From Sulfurimonadaceae bacterium (GTDB lineage Bacteria; Campylobacterota; Campylobacteria; Campylobacterales; Sulfurimonadaceae): DNA of 38,109 nt. Positions 37,477-38,109 of this stretch are shown here, in pieces. The notes below the pieces were generated by a model, which was not told the DNA's origin, did not search any database, and was given only the letters and a program-made list of their open reading frames with translations. The position numbers and the translations under genes were made by a program. Within the stretch, counting starts at the first letter, position 1; each line of letters opens with the position of its first letter. The stretch is taken from the NCBI GenBank assembly GCA_041571435.1, contig JBFFUI010000019.1, positions 1 through 38,109 of the forward strand, in the 5' to 3' direction.

Positions 37477-37566
37477 ATACCAGATACCAGTGCATTGGGC
37501 AAGACTTGTAATAAAGATGATCATTTTGCTATCCTGTAACTAGACATGCCATATAAAGGGGATAAG

Positions 37567-38109
37567 ATGCGAGTCAGAGTCAACGACATCATGGTTGGGT
37601 ACAGTGAACAGGGAGCGTCCGATGCGCCGGCAGTCATCTTCATCCACGGCTTTCCTTTCAACCGGTCCATGTGGCGGGAGCAGATGGATGCGCTCGCTGA
37701 AGAGTGGCGTGTGATCGCCTACGACGTCCGGGGGCACGGGGAATCTGGCGGTGGGGAGAAGCCCTTCTCCATCAAACTTTTTGCGCAGGACCTGATCGCT
37801 CTGATGGACACCCTTGAGATCGAAAAAGCGGTGCTTTGCGGTCTTTCCATGGGCGGCTACATCGCACTCAATGCCATCCTGACCCATCCCGACCGCTTCA
37901 AAGCGCTTGTACTCAGTGATACCCAGTGCGGTGCCGACACGCCCGAGGCGAAAAAGAAGCGCCTGAACGCGATAGAGAGCATCGAAAAAAACGGTATAGA
38001 GGCATTCACCGAAGCAGGCCTGCCAAACTTCTTTGCACCCGAATCACTGCAAAGCCAAAAAAGCACGCTCGAACACGTACGATCGATGATGGCCGCCACC
38101 CCCGAAACG
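37567..38109 (+). CDS. Alpha/beta hydrolase (enol-lactonase-like), runs off window end
   Basis: Manual translation: MRVRVNDI...FIHGFPFNRSMW...YDVRGHGES...GLSMGGY; absent from the ORF track because it has no stop in the window. Confidence 0.92.
   Translation, partial: MRVRVNDIMVGYSEQGASDAPAVIFIHGFPFNRSMWREQMDALAEEWRVIAYDVRGHGESGGGEKPFSIKLFAQDLIALMDTLEIEKAVLCGLSMGGYIALNAILTHPDRFKALVLSDTQCGADTPEAKKKRLNAIESIEKNGIEAFTEAGLPNFFAPESLQSQKSTLEHVRSMMAATPET

Noticed and set aside
37540-38099. Minus-strand ORFs at the window end
   Set aside because: Antisense to the clear alpha/beta hydrolase on the + strand

Overview
Bacterial chromosomal segment, most likely Campylobacterota (Sulfurimonas/Sulfurovum-like; inferred from gene content and -10-dominated promoters). 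The first ~3.5 kb is an integron-type gene-cassette array. It has three complete attC sites (414-477, 2068-2139, 3438-3509) and one half attC (2939-2972) fused directly to the next start codon. No integrase is present in the window. The cassettes carry a membrane protein, a diguanylate cyclase plus a 4-TM protein, an ICMT-family methyltransferase and a secreted orphan. Accessory genes (CDGSH Fe-S protein, two small orphans) follow. The rest is mostly core-like: radA, a GGDEF-EAL protein, acpS, thiS, a pentapeptide-repeat protein, and an operon of RND, MFP, molybdopterin oxidoreductase, argD, TolC and MidA-type methyltransferase whose last five genes overlap. Then come a thioredoxin fusion, msrPQ, a minimal MGMT, an Hpt protein, oadGAB, a secreted caspase-like protein lacking the catalytic Cys, a USP, a frameshifted membrane-protein pseudogene, a P-type ATPase, ppsA, a Sel1 lipoprotein, a secreted orphan and an alpha/beta hydrolase cut by the window end. 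No rRNA, tRNA, CRISPR or transposase was recognised. All family calls are from motif recognition, not database searches.
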